Of a DNA stretch of 64,000 nt, positions 19,821-29,462 are shown piece after piece. Every line of letters starts with the position of its first letter. The first letter of the stretch is position 1. Under the pieces are notes generated by a model that saw only the letters and a program-made list of their open reading frames with translations, searched no databases and was not told where the DNA came from. Source of the stretch: an uncultured Candidatus Saccharibacteria bacterium (GTDB taxonomy: Bacteria > Patescibacteriota > UBA1384 > CAILIB01 > JAUSJZ01); contig CAYQWZ010000001.1 of the NCBI GenBank assembly GCA_964421635.1, positions 71,267 to 135,266 on the forward strand, given 5' to 3'. The position numbers and the translations under genes were made by a program.

Positions 19821-22610
19821 TTAATTTACTGTAGGCTCAGTAGTAAGCTCAGTCTTTTCGTCTTTCTTTTTGAATCGATCTTGTTCACGAGCTATGGCAA
19901 TATCAAGCGGTTCACCAACAAACCATTTCAAACCGCCACGCTGTGAATGTTCTTTATAGGCGCGATTACCAATGACTTTTAATAGCTTGGGTTTGTATTC
20001 CTTTTTTTCTTTTGTAATTTCTTCTGCTGCCTCACTTCCCTGCTCCATATTAATAGGCTCAACAGAATTTTTAACTGTTGATTTAACTTCTTCTGGCGCT
20101 CTCTCCCCTACCACCTTATTTGGCTCTGCTGGTATATATTTCTTTTCATTCACCCGCTCTTGGGCTGAACGCAACACCTCCCCTACTTCACGAGACTTAA
20201 GTCTAGATTCCATTTTTTCTTTAATGCCACTCCACTTCTCAATTGTTGCCTCAACTTCATTTCTTGGCGTTGAGTACTTACGCCTTGATTTATCGTAAAT
20301 CTCCTCTCTGTGCTCATTATTCATTTCTGGAGGAGACAGCGTAAAGGCAGAGAAAGCCGGCGGGGATAACCCGTCAATAAGCAGTTTGATATAAATATGA
20401 TATTTCTCTAAATTAACCAAGTCTTCTTCTTCGAATGGCTTTAGCTCTTTCGTTAAGGCAGCTGCATCGGGCGCTCCTACTCTAAACGACACAATTGTAC
20501 CTACATTACCGAAAACAGCGTCTCTGACCTCTTCTGGCATCTGAGCGACATACTGGTGAGCAAGAGTCAGCCCTAAACTATACTTACGAGCCTCAGATAA
20601 AATAACAGAGAAAGATTCAGTGGCAAAATTCTGGAATTCATCAACATATAAGAAAGATTCCGGGCGCTCCTCACGAGTGACATCCGCACGACTCATAGCA
20701 GCTAGCTGCACTTTAGTAATCATCATGGCACCCATAAGGGCAGCGTTATCTTCACCAATTTTACCGCGCGAAAGATTTACAATAAATATCTTCTGTTTAT
20801 CCATCATGCCTCTAACATTAATAGAGCTTCGTTTCTGACCAACAATATTACGGATTGTTGGAGTAGATAAAAACTGACCAACTTTGTTTAAAATAGGGCT
20901 AACTGCTTCTGACTGGAACTTTTGATCCATGGCGCCAAATTCATTGACCCAGAAATCTTGAATGACCGGATCTTTAACATAATCTATAACTTTTTCTCTA
21001 AAAGCTTTTTCAGTTAACATTTTTGGAATTGAAAGCATTGTCGAATCAGGATAATCGAGCAAAGCCAAAACCGTATTGCGCAAGATATGCTCGAGTCGAG
21101 GGCCCCAAGAGTAGCCAAAGATCTTTTTAAAAATTCCTACAAAGCCCGAAGCCACCATGCCCTTAAAGTCATCATCTACTTGTTCAAGCAGATTGAAAGC
21201 AATTGGGAACTCTCTATCTGCTGGGTCAAAGACAACTACATCATCTATTCTCGATGGCGGCACAATAGCAATAGTTTCGTCTGCTAGCTCTCCATGAGGG
21301 TCAACTACAATAACTCCCCTGCCCTCATCAATGTCATCCTTAATCATATTGAGCATCAGCTTAGATTTACCCACACCAGATTTACCAATAATGTAGACAT
21401 GCTGCAGGCGGTCTAGCATTTTAATACCAAACTCTTTCTCATTATTTCTAAAGTCGGTTCGGCCAAGTAGCGTTATTTGATCATCATCATGTTCCCCTTT
21501 TATTGGTAGATTGACTGGAGCTTCACTTTTTTTACTACCTGCCCAAGTCAGATTGGGTGTCATTACACTTTGATTTGGAAAATGGTAAATTGACGCTAAT
21601 TCTTCTGTATTAAATATATTCCCCTTCTTCTCAAGGTTTCTATTCACATATTCAGACCATAGCTTGGCATCGTTAACCTTCACTTCCCCACTCTTAAATC
21701 CGTTCATATTCGTAGTATTAAACTGCTTGAAGGCTCCCAATAAGCTTTGCAGTCTAGTTTTGGCGTTAAGAGGATTATCAGAAATGGAAATTGCTCGAAT
21801 AATTACTTCATAGCCAAGCTTTGTTACTTTAGTCTCTATTCCGCTCATTGCCTCACTAACAGGGCCGGCCAACTCTTTCGGTCCATCGTCTCCCCCACCA
21901 CCCGATGAGCCAGGTGTGATAATCTCTTTAAATACATCTTGAGCTAATCTTGAGGCTGAATGCCCTACACCTGTCTTTTTTCCTATACTTCCTGACTTGA
22001 CAGCTTTAATATAGTTTAATCCTTTTTTTTGCCAGTCATCATTTACCGGCTTCATTACTAGCTGTAACCAAACCTGCTCTTGATTCGCCAGCTTCGACAG
22101 CACGGCTGTAATTGCTGCTAATGGGTCAACCTCGAAATTATTAAAGGTTCTAACTGGGTACACATCTTCTTTGTTCAAACCAATTTCAGTTAACGCAATG
22201 GTCATATTCTGCACATCGACAGATTTGGTATAGTCATCAACTTTTTCTATGCTGACATCAGGGTATTGAGCATAAATTTGGCCCTCTACGAAATCTTGTA
22301 GATGCACCGGTAAAAAGATATAAAACTGAATATAATTAACAGTGGATACAATTTCAAAGCTAATATGCTCCTGAATAATATTGTCGTCTCGCAGTATCCC
22401 ATGAATAGATGAGAAGAACTGTTCCGCTGACAGAGGGGTTTTCTCATTATTACGCGGCACATCAATTTTTAGAGTAATGAAGGTTAAGGATTCTAAGAAG
22501 TCTGACCGGCGAGCAAGTTTTTTAGATTTTAACCAGTAATTAAAAGCAATAAAAGGAGTTACCAATATAATGGCTACTATGATACCCGCTAAAATTGCTG
22601 CTGCACTCAT
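19821..22610 (-). CDS. Membrane-anchored VirD4/TraG- or VirB4-like (FtsK-HerA superfamily) P-loop ATPase, copy 2 (929 aa).
   Basis: N-terminal TM. Walker A 'GKSGVGKS'. 'VVDPHGEL' (DPKGE-like). C-terminal 'YVDEFQNF...ARKYSLGLTLAHQYVAQ...GNVGTIVSFRV' (TraG-D_C-like). ATGA overlap with copy 1. Confidence 0.55.
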   Translation of the reverse strand: MSAAAILAGIIVAIILVTPFIAFNYWLKSKKLARRSDFLESLTFITLKIDVPRNNEKTPLSAEQFFSSIHGILRDDNIIQEHISFEIVSTVNYIQFYIFLPVHLQDFVEGQIYAQYPDVSIEKVDDYTKSVDVQNMTIALTEIGLNKEDVYPVRTFNNFEVDPLAAITAVLSKLANQEQVWLQLVMKPVNDDWQKKGLNYIKAVKSGSIGKKTGVGHSASRLAQDVFKEIITPGSSGGGGDDGPKELAGPVSEAMSGIETKVTKLGYEVIIRAISISDNPLNAKTRLQSLLGAFKQFNTTNMNGFKSGEVKVNDAKLWSEYVNRNLEKKGNIFNTEELASIYHFPNQSVMTPNLTWAGSKKSEAPVNLPIKGEHDDDQITLLGRTDFRNNEKEFGIKMLDRLQHVYIIGKSGVGKSKLMLNMIKDDIDEGRGVIVVDPHGELADETIAIVPPSRIDDVVVFDPADREFPIAFNLLEQVDDDFKGMVASGFVGIFKKIFGYSWGPRLEHILRNTVLALLDYPDSTMLSIPKMLTEKAFREKVIDYVKDPVIQDFWVNEFGAMDQKFQSEAVSPILNKVGQFLSTPTIRNIVGQKRSSINVRGMMDKQKIFIVNLSRGKIGEDNAALMGAMMITKVQLAAMSRADVTREERPESFLYVDEFQNFATESFSVILSEARKYSLGLTLAHQYVAQMPEEVRDAVFGNVGTIVSFRVGAPDAAALTKELKPFEEEDLVNLEKYHIYIKLLIDGLSPPAFSAFTLSPPEMNNEHREEIYDKSRRKYSTPRNEVEATIEKWSGIKEKMESRLKSREVGEVLRSAQERVNEKKYIPAEPNKVVGERAPEEVKSTVKNSVEPINMEQGSEAAEEITKEKKEYKPKLLKVIGNRAYKEHSQRGGLKWFVGEPLDIAIAREQDRFKKKDEKTELTTEPTVN

Positions 22611-25111
22611 GACAATATTTGGTTCTCTTCTTTATTATCGTTAATTGGAATCTGGTCAATCCTACTTCTCTTTAATATCATTTCTGAGACAGCTTTACCA
22701 TCTTTTCCGAACTTTAGTCGCGAAAGCTCTTTAATTGCTGCTCCTAATTTCTCGCTGCCCCCTTCGTTCCAGTCGCTTGACTTGCCTGTAAAAGGATTAG
22801 TTGGTGCTCCATCAATTAAGGTTTTTAAGTAAAAATATCTTTTTTCAATGCTAGTCATATCGTTAATAGCAATACCATCAAACTCATTGGTTAGAAAATC
22901 TGCATCGGTAGCGCCAACTCTAAACACAACAGATGTTCCAACATTACCAATAACCGCATCTCTCAACTCTTCCGTTAACTGAGCAATATACTGGTTAGTA
23001 ATATTTAAACTCAATTTATACTTTCTAGCCTCAGATAAAATTGTGGCAAAAGTTTCAGTGGTAAAGTTTTGAAACTCATCAACATACAGATAAAACGGTA
23101 CTCTCTGACTCTCTGGAACTTCTTGGCGTGAAAATGCCGCCAGCTGTAATTTAGAAACAATGATCATTCCCAAAAGATGTGAGTTCACTTCCCCTACTAA
23201 TCCTTTAGACAAATTAACTAGAAGGATCTTTTTATTGTCCATTATCTCTCGAAAATCAAAGCTGCTCTGCGGCTGGCCAATAATATTGCGCATCATATCA
23301 TTAGTCATAAAACGACCGAACTTGGAAACGAAATAATTTAACATCTCACTTTTACTTTGAGCTGAGGTTTGAGCCATCTGCTTCTCCCAGAAGGCTTTAA
23401 CTACTGGGTCAGTCACATGCGCTACACTGGCTTTTTCAAACTCTTTATCAACAAATAGGCGTGGAATTTCAACCAAGGTTCCCCCTTCCGGATTACTCAT
23501 TAAAGTTAGTGCTGCATTTCTAAGCCAGTGCTCGAACTGTGGCCCGACAATTCCTGTCTGATTAGGGTCAAACAGTTTATAAAACATTGAGACTGCCTCT
23601 TGCACTAAAAAGTCTTTATCTTCCGGTTTTTTCCACTCTAGCAGGTTTAAGCCAAACGGTCTGCCTGTATCTGCCGGATTAAAATAGACAACATCTTCTG
23701 CTCGCTCTTTTGGAATGCGACTTAAAATCCATTCAATAGCATCACCGTTAGGGTCAATGTAACAAACGCCATGGCCGGCCTGAATATCTTGCTCAATCAT
23801 ATTTTCAAATAGAACCGTTTTACCAACACCCGTTTTACCAATCATAAACAGATGCCGCATTCTATCATCAGGTTGTATATAGATTGGCTTTGTCTCTCCG
23901 CGATATACTGACTCCCCTATCTTAATTCCTTCCTTTGGCATATTAGATGGCGGCGATAATTTTCGCGAACCAAGCCAGGCAATATTCGGAGTATCTACAT
24001 TGGCGTTCGGTAAATGATAAACAGAGGCAATCTCTTTAGTGTTCAAAATCATAGTTGGCGAACTGCCAAACCGGCGAAAAATATAATCCTTAATAATGAC
24101 ATCGGGTTTTCTTTTGTTAACTCGAAATCCGTTTCTGTCTGGCGAGTTGAATTGGCCAAAAGCAGATATTATATTATTCAAATGATTTTTGGCCTCAATC
24201 TCTGTATTCGAGCTAGTGACACATCTTATCTGAACATCTAGTGCTTGGTCAGACATCTTCTCTTTCAAAAGCTCAATTAACACCTGATTTTTTGGCGAGA
24301 CCGTTTTTTGCTCCGGCAACGCTTGTGACTTATTATCACTTCCTCTGACAATCTCTTTTCCAATATCTCCCAATAAATTACCAGCCGAGCTCTTCCAATC
24401 CTTCGCTTCTTCTATATCTTTTCCATCCATTAATTCAGCCAACGCCTTCTCAATATTTTCCTGCCATTTTGCCTGTCGTGGTCTAATTAAAACCTGAACG
24501 GCACCGTTCGTTTCGGTCCCTAATTTAGAAAGCGCGCTGGAAATTGGGTTAAGTGTATCGACTTCAATATCGGGATAAGTTTTAATCGGAATCATATACG
24601 AGCGATTCAACTCCAAGTAAGCGGCATCGTAAGGCTTGTCCTGACCATTAAATAGTTGAAAATCTTTTGCCTCCTCAATTTGCGCCGAAGGATAAATAGA
24701 ATGAATTTGTCGCTCAATTAAATCTTTATGCAAAGCCGGCGTTGCTATGTAGAAAAATATCTCACTATTCTTAGCTAAAATTTCTAAAGAGAATGTTGGC
24801 TGAACCGGCTTGTTGAACATTGAAGGATTTTCAAAGATTGTTGTCAAACTATCTAACAGTGGTTCGAATATTGAGATTAGGTCTTTGTAATCTTTCTTCT
24901 CTTCGTCGTTACTCCCCTGCTCTTTGGGCACTAAAATTTTTAGAAAAATCAAATTCTTCGCCGCCGCTGTTTGGCCGACAATCGATTTCGCTTTATTTTT
25001 TCGCGTCAACCACCAAAAAACCAAAAAAGCAGCCACCAAAAAAATTATTAGTAAAGCTACCCCACTCTGGTTTGATTGTGTCGCTGCACCTTCAAAAAAG
25101 GGGTCGTTCAT
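22607..25111 (-). CDS. Membrane-anchored VirD4/TraG- or VirB4-like P-loop ATPase, copy 1 (834 aa), a paralogue of 19821-22610.
   Basis: Walker A 'GKTGVGKT'. 'YIDPNGDA'. 'YVDEFQNFTTETF...ARKYKLSLNITNQYIAQ'. N-terminal TM helix. Confidence 0.55.
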   Translation of the reverse strand: MNDPFFEGAATQSNQSGVALLIIFLVAAFLVFWWLTRKNKAKSIVGQTAAAKNLIFLKILVPKEQGSNDEEKKDYKDLISIFEPLLDSLTTIFENPSMFNKPVQPTFSLEILAKNSEIFFYIATPALHKDLIERQIHSIYPSAQIEEAKDFQLFNGQDKPYDAAYLELNRSYMIPIKTYPDIEVDTLNPISSALSKLGTETNGAVQVLIRPRQAKWQENIEKALAELMDGKDIEEAKDWKSSAGNLLGDIGKEIVRGSDNKSQALPEQKTVSPKNQVLIELLKEKMSDQALDVQIRCVTSSNTEIEAKNHLNNIISAFGQFNSPDRNGFRVNKRKPDVIIKDYIFRRFGSSPTMILNTKEIASVYHLPNANVDTPNIAWLGSRKLSPPSNMPKEGIKIGESVYRGETKPIYIQPDDRMRHLFMIGKTGVGKTVLFENMIEQDIQAGHGVCYIDPNGDAIEWILSRIPKERAEDVVYFNPADTGRPFGLNLLEWKKPEDKDFLVQEAVSMFYKLFDPNQTGIVGPQFEHWLRNAALTLMSNPEGGTLVEIPRLFVDKEFEKASVAHVTDPVVKAFWEKQMAQTSAQSKSEMLNYFVSKFGRFMTNDMMRNIIGQPQSSFDFREIMDNKKILLVNLSKGLVGEVNSHLLGMIIVSKLQLAAFSRQEVPESQRVPFYLYVDEFQNFTTETFATILSEARKYKLSLNITNQYIAQLTEELRDAVIGNVGTSVVFRVGATDADFLTNEFDGIAINDMTSIEKRYFYLKTLIDGAPTNPFTGKSSDWNEGGSEKLGAAIKELSRLKFGKDGKAVSEMILKRSRIDQIPINDNKEENQILS

Positions 25112-25147
25112 ACTTCTTATTTTACCCCAAAATCTACCTATTAGGGC

Positions 25148-25441
25148 CTATATTTCAGGCCCAAAAAGATCATTCTCTAATACACTAGGCTGACTGTCGC
25201 TATTGATATCATTTGTAGTCTGTAAGTTTGGCTCAACTTTTGATGTTTCATTTGTCGCAGCCTCTGTTTGAGAATGCAGATTAACTTCCATTTTTTGCGG
25301 AATTAACTGTTTAGACTCAGATTCAACAGCCAGCTCTTTAACAGAAGGATTACTGTTTACTTTAACTGGCTGCTGTAATTTCTCTGGTTGTGGCGGTAGT
25401 TCTAACCCACCAATTTTATTTTCCACAATTTTATTTTCCAT
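25148..25441 (-). CDS. Small acidic, probably disordered protein leading the ATPase pair.
   Basis: 97 aa, E/Q/P/S-rich, no TM. The start lies 4 nt after the tgt stop. Confidence 0.3.
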   Translation of the reverse strand: MENKIVENKIGGLELPPQPEKLQQPVKVNSNPSVKELAVESESKQLIPQKMEVNLHSQTEAATNETSKVEPNLQTTNDINSDSQPSVLENDLFGPEI

Positions 25442-25445
25442 GTAT

Positions 25446-26630
25446 CTATTTTATACCAAATGTCTGACAAAACTTTTCATACTTATTATCTCGAATTGCA
25501 TTCTGCGAATGTTTAATAATATTTTGAATAAAAGTTAAGTTGTGTAAAGTAAATTCCTGCATAATACCAATCTCTTTCTCTTTATATAAATGATTAATAA
25601 AGGATTGCTTGATCTCTCTTCTCTCTTGAGCATTGTAGATCTCTTCGTTCTCGTCTGAGTTTTGATACTTTGCTTTAGGAAAAGTGTGTTTCTCAATTGT
25701 AATTTTTTTCGCTTCAGCCAGTTTCTTTGTGTCTAATTCCCAAAAAGCATCAATGTCTTCTTTTTTACCTTTGAGTTGCCAAATTACTCCATGTCTAGCC
25801 AATCTGGTTGGCAAAACACAATCGAACATATCTATTCCGCATTTTATAGCGTGCATAATATCTTCAGGCTCACCTACTCCCATTAAATATCTGGGTTTGT
25901 TGGTCGGCAATAAATTGGCAGTGTATTCAATTGTTTCATACAGCTTTTTCTTCGACTCCCCCACTGCCAGACCGCCAATTGCATTGCCATCTAAATTTAG
26001 ATTAGCTACAAATTCTGCCGATTGAGCTCTCAAAGTTTTATTTGTGCCTCCTTGCACAATACCAAACAAAGCCGGCTTTTTACTCTTAAGTGATCGCCAG
26101 TAAATAGCTGCTTCTGCCAACCAATTATGTGTTCGCTGTAAAGCTCGCTTAAGCTCATCTGAATTTGCCCCCGCCTCTGCACAATCATCAAGAGGCATAG
26201 CAATATCTACTCCCAATTTTGTTTGAATATCAATAACTTTTTTTGGAGTAAATCTGTGAGTTGAGCCATCATAGTGTGAAGTGAAAGTCACTCCTAGCTC
26301 ATCAATTTTAGCTAGCTTGCCACCTCTTTTTCGTCCTAAAGAAAACACTTGGTATCCTCCGCTATCAGTTAGGATTGGCCCAGAATAACCAATAAAATTA
26401 TGTAATCCTTGCGCATTCTCAATTACTTTCAGACCCGGCCGCAAATATAGATGATAAGTATTAGCCAGAAAGATTTGAGCACCCGTATTTTTTAGCTGAT
26501 CAAAATTAATAGTCTTGATGAATCCTTTAGTACCCACTGTCATAAAAGCGGGCGTAGTAAAATCTCCATGAGCGGTTTTGACCACACCTAAACGAGCACC
26601 TCCATCTTTCTTGCTTAGTTTAAATTCCAT
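25446..26630 (-). CDS. tgt: Queuine tRNA-ribosyltransferase (tRNA-guanine transglycosylase).
   Basis: 'FMTVGTKG', 'LTDSGGYQVFSL' and a C-terminal zinc-site region. Confidence 0.85.
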   Translation of the reverse strand: MEFKLSKKDGGARLGVVKTAHGDFTTPAFMTVGTKGFIKTINFDQLKNTGAQIFLANTYHLYLRPGLKVIENAQGLHNFIGYSGPILTDSGGYQVFSLGRKRGGKLAKIDELGVTFTSHYDGSTHRFTPKKVIDIQTKLGVDIAMPLDDCAEAGANSDELKRALQRTHNWLAEAAIYWRSLKSKKPALFGIVQGGTNKTLRAQSAEFVANLNLDGNAIGGLAVGESKKKLYETIEYTANLLPTNKPRYLMGVGEPEDIMHAIKCGIDMFDCVLPTRLARHGVIWQLKGKKEDIDAFWELDTKKLAEAKKITIEKHTFPKAKYQNSDENEEIYNAQERREIKQSFINHLYKEKEIGIMQEFTLHNLTFIQNIIKHSQNAIRDNKYEKFCQTFGIK

Positions 26631-27241
26631 TAGGGTAAATCTCTTAGCTCCTTAAATTTTTTGTTTTCAAAGACAAGTGTATTGGTGCTTAAATTGTCAA
26701 CCTTATTTTTTTGCTTAAAATCATGATATGAAATTCCTAAAGTTGAACATATTGCCACAATAATTGGATCCCCATGCGAGACAACTAAAACATGAGACAG
26801 ATTTTTAGCTAAAGTCTGTTTAATAAATTTCTGCATCCGGCTTTGCATTTGCACGAAGGATTCAAACTTCTGACCCTCAACTTCCACCGGCAATTGGTAA
26901 GGATCTTGATCGTAGATAGCTTTTAGCTTGGCGTACTTTCCACTATTCCAAACTCTGCGGCTCATACCTTGTGTGATATATACCCACTCAATTATTTCTT
27001 TTGTGTACTCAATTTCAATCTGTGGTAATGCTTCTTTTTTTACTATTTGTGCTGTTTGCTTCGTTCGTTCTAGTGGGCTTGAGATTATTAGTTGGTAAGG
27101 ATTATTCTTTAAATCATTGGCTTTCTTCTTCGTATTTTTAACACCAATCGCTGATAAAAAATATCCTTCGAGCGCTCCATAAATTATCTCTTTTTTATTT
27201 TCTACTTCTGCATGTCTTAAGAAAGTTATATATTGAGTCAT
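26630..27241 (-). CDS. Histidine phosphatase superfamily (phosphoglycerate mutase-like) protein.
   Basis: N-terminal 'ITFLRHAEV' RH motif and a later 'VVSHGDPI' His motif. Confidence 0.6.
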   Translation of the reverse strand: MTQYITFLRHAEVENKKEIIYGALEGYFLSAIGVKNTKKKANDLKNNPYQLIISSPLERTKQTAQIVKKEALPQIEIEYTKEIIEWVYITQGMSRRVWNSGKYAKLKAIYDQDPYQLPVEVEGQKFESFVQMQSRMQKFIKQTLAKNLSHVLVVSHGDPIIVAICSTLGISYHDFKQKNKVDNLSTNTLVFENKKFKELRDLP

Positions 27242-27262
27242 ACTATATTTGATTTATACAAC

Positions 27263-27294
27263 AAAACGCCCTCAAGTAGGGCGTTTTGTTTTTA
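27263..27294. terminator. Bidirectional rho-independent terminator between rplL and the downstream operon.
   Basis: aaaacgccct-caagt-agggcgtttt (10-bp stem), flanked by an A-run upstream and a T-run downstream. Confidence 0.7.
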
Positions 27295-27306
27295 TGTTCA
27301 CCTTAT

Positions 27307-27753
27307 TTATTTAAGCTCAACCTTGGCACCAGCCGCTTCTAGCTTTTTCTTGGCTTCTTCTGCGTCATCTTTTGCCATAGCCTTAGCTACAGTTTTAGGA
27401 GCAGCTTCAACTAAATCTTTTGCATCCTTCAAGCCTAGGTTTTGGTCAATTTCACGCACTGCTTTAATGACAGCTATCTTCTGTGAACCAGCGTCAGCTA
27501 GAACAACATCATACTCACTTTTTGCTTCCTCTTCTTCTGCGGCTTCACCTGCAGCAGAACCACCGGTCATCATTATAGGAGCAGCAGCTGAAACGCCAAA
27601 TTTATCTTCAAGCACCTTTACGAACTCGGAAAGTTCTACTGCACTCATCTCTTCAATTTTTTTTACTAAGTCAGCAAACTTTGGGTCTACTGCTTTTGTT
27701 TCTTCTTTTGACTCCTCTTTTGGAGCCTCTTTTGTATCTTTTTCTTCGGCCAT
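27307..27753 (-). CDS. rplL: 50S ribosomal protein L7/L12.
   Basis: Ala/Glu-rich hinge and a C-terminal '[29 protein letters not shown]...AKVELK'. Confidence 0.95.
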   Translation of the reverse strand: MAEEKDTKEAPKEESKEETKAVDPKFADLVKKIEEMSAVELSEFVKVLEDKFGVSAAAPIMMTGGSAAGEAAEEEEAKSEYDVVLADAGSQKIAVIKAVREIDQNLGLKDAKDLVEAAPKTVAKAMAKDDAEEAKKKLEAAGAKVELK

Positions 27754-27757
27754 AATA

Positions 27758-28282
27758 CTAATTTATTTTTTTACTTTGTACTTGATTCAAAACATTAACT
27801 AATCCTGAAAGTGGACCACGAATTACATTTACCAAGCCAGTCAATGGTGAGGCGATGACAAAAACTGTTTGTGCAAGTAACTGTTCTTTTGAAGGCAGAG
27901 ACGCTAGCTGTAACACAATATCTTTTTCAACCACCTTACCTTCGTATATTCCACCGACAACTTCTAGAACTTCTAATCTCTTAGCAAATTCATTAATGTC
28001 TTTTGAAACCTGAGCTTCATCTGTAGCTGAGGATGCAATAGCTAAAGGTTGACTATAGAATTCATCTGGCAGTTCAAGTTTGTTTTTCTTTAGCGCTAAC
28101 TTTAGTAAGTTGTTTTTGACAATTACGAAATCTTCATTATTTTCAAAAAACTTCTGTCTAATGTTTTCTGATTCCTCTACTGGTAATCCTTTATATCCTA
28201 AAATAACCGTCATTTTAGAACCGTCAATGACTTCGTGGTACTTGTTTACTAACTTCTCTTTTTGTACTCTTGTTTTTGGCAT
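27758..28282 (-). CDS. rplJ: 50S ribosomal protein L10.
   Basis: Position upstream of rplL, size and the '[11 protein letters not shown]' L10 pattern. Confidence 0.85.
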   Translation of the reverse strand: MPKTRVQKEKLVNKYHEVIDGSKMTVILGYKGLPVEESENIRQKFFENNEDFVIVKNNLLKLALKKNKLELPDEFYSQPLAIASSATDEAQVSKDINEFAKRLEVLEVVGGIYEGKVVEKDIVLQLASLPSKEQLLAQTVFVIASPLTGLVNVIRGPLSGLVNVLNQVQSKKIN

Positions 28283-28440
28283 TTAAAAAACTGACTTATT
28301 AAAGTCAGAGATATTTAGAGATTATGCACGATTTGCGCGCTGTTCGTCTCGGCAGGACTTATGCTTGCCTGCTGTCTCTGACTTACTGAATTAGATTACC
28401 AAATTAGCAGGATTGTGTCAAACAATAATAAAAAAACCGC
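28283..28440 (-). promoter_or_regulatory. Candidate structured 5' leader of the rplJ-rplL operon (L10-leader-like).
   Basis: Several hairpins lie upstream of rplJ, for example ctgactt-att-aagtcag and ggcagg..cctgcc. The placement matches the known L10(L12)4 autoregulatory leader. The structure was not verified. Confidence 0.3.
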
Positions 28441-28470
28441 CGGCTTCTTTCGAAGTCGACGGGGAGTTCG

Positions 28471-28740
28471 TCAGGCCCGGTTGGGTGGCTTTTGAAGCTT
28501 GTTGGCCAGCACTTGGATTCCGAGCCATGCAACAGCTGAGATACCCAAAACGATGAGCATTACTGTTGGTAGACCCACCACAATCAACACCACCCCAACT
28601 GCCAAAGTGACCCTGGCGTTGGTCCTCATGCACTCGGCCGTACGAGGCACGAAGCTCTCTAGTCGATTGCTGTTGTAGATGCCCAACAGACTGAAGACGC
28701 TCACTGCCAGCCCGAGCCACAGACACCAGTAGATTCCCAC
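28471..28740 (-). CDS. Small 2-3-TM membrane protein encoded in a GC-rich patch.
   Basis: 89 aa. GTG start preceded by 'agaaaggggg'. Local GC is about 55% against a background of about 37%. Confidence 0.35.
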   Translation of the reverse strand: MGIYWCLWLGLAVSVFSLLGIYNSNRLESFVPRTAECMRTNARVTLAVGVVLIVVGLPTVMLIVLGISAVAWLGIQVLANKLQKPPNRA

Positions 28741-29071
28741 TGTGTGCCCCCTTTCTGTCTTTTAATATAACAAAAATACCCCTCTGATGCACGGTTTTTT
28801 TGGTTTTATCTAGATAATCATATTGTAATGTACTGTCATCTATAATTTAATTGATCACTATTCCAACAAGAAAGGAGGTGATCAGGCTAGTTACGGCACA
28901 AAAGACCTGGGTACCGGTAACTCAACTTTCAACGCCTCTAGCGTTGGCAAGATGACCGGTTCCAGCTCCAGTCAGGCAGCTGCTGCAGGCCACGCTGCTC
29001 GAGACGACATGCAGTCGTCTGGCGATATGGGGGTCTCTCCCAGCCGGGGCAAGTCGTGATCCTCAACTCAT

Positions 29072-29102
29072 GTCGGGGAGCTTCTCCCCGACACTTTTTT
29101 CT
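29072..29102 (+). terminator. Strong rho-independent terminator.
   Basis: gtcggggag-ctt-ctccccgac (9-bp perfect stem) followed by acTTTTTTcT. Confidence 0.65.
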
Positions 29103-29117
29103 GCTAAGTTCAAGCTA

Positions 29118-29462
29118 ATGAAAAAACCGGTAAATATTAATGAGAAAACCTGGGCTTTCTTAAATAAAAAACTTGGTACGAAGGATATTCAAAAAACCTT
29201 AGATAATCCTGGAAAAGTTTTGTTTGAACTGGGTTTTTTAAACAATCCTCAATTAGTAGTTGGCACAGTAATAGAAATGCCAAATGAAATTGAATATATG
29301 ATTACTGATCAAGGAGCAAAACAGCTTGCTGAAAATAACAATAATATAGAACTTAGAACCGTTTATGACCCAAGGTTGGAAATGTATCCAAAGGATGAAG
29401 TAATAAAAGCTTTGGTAGAAGGATTAATTTTTGACCAAGTAGATTCTACTCAACCAGCTTGA
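29118..29462 (+). CDS. Hypothetical protein.
   Basis: ORF track 29070..29462. The ATG at 29118 is preferred because the ATG at 29070 lies inside the terminator hairpin. It converges on and overlaps the rplA 3' end. Confidence 0.4.
   Translation: MKKPVNINEKTWAFLNKKLGTKDIQKTLDNPGKVLFELGFLNNPQLVVGTVIEMPNEIEYMITDQGAKQLAENNNNIELRTVYDPRLEMYPKDEVIKALVEGLIFDQVDSTQPA

Noticed and set aside
27233-27802. 189-aa plus-strand ORF antisense to rplL.
   Set aside because: It is low-complexity Ser/Ala-rich, because it is the mirror of the Ala/Glu/Lys-rich L7/L12 coding sequence.
28871-28956. AGGAGG box followed by a GTG-initiated 25-codon ORF.
   Set aside because: The GTG lies inside the Shine-Dalgarno-like box, giving zero spacing. 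Nothing else supports it. It is recorded only as part of the GC-rich patch finding.
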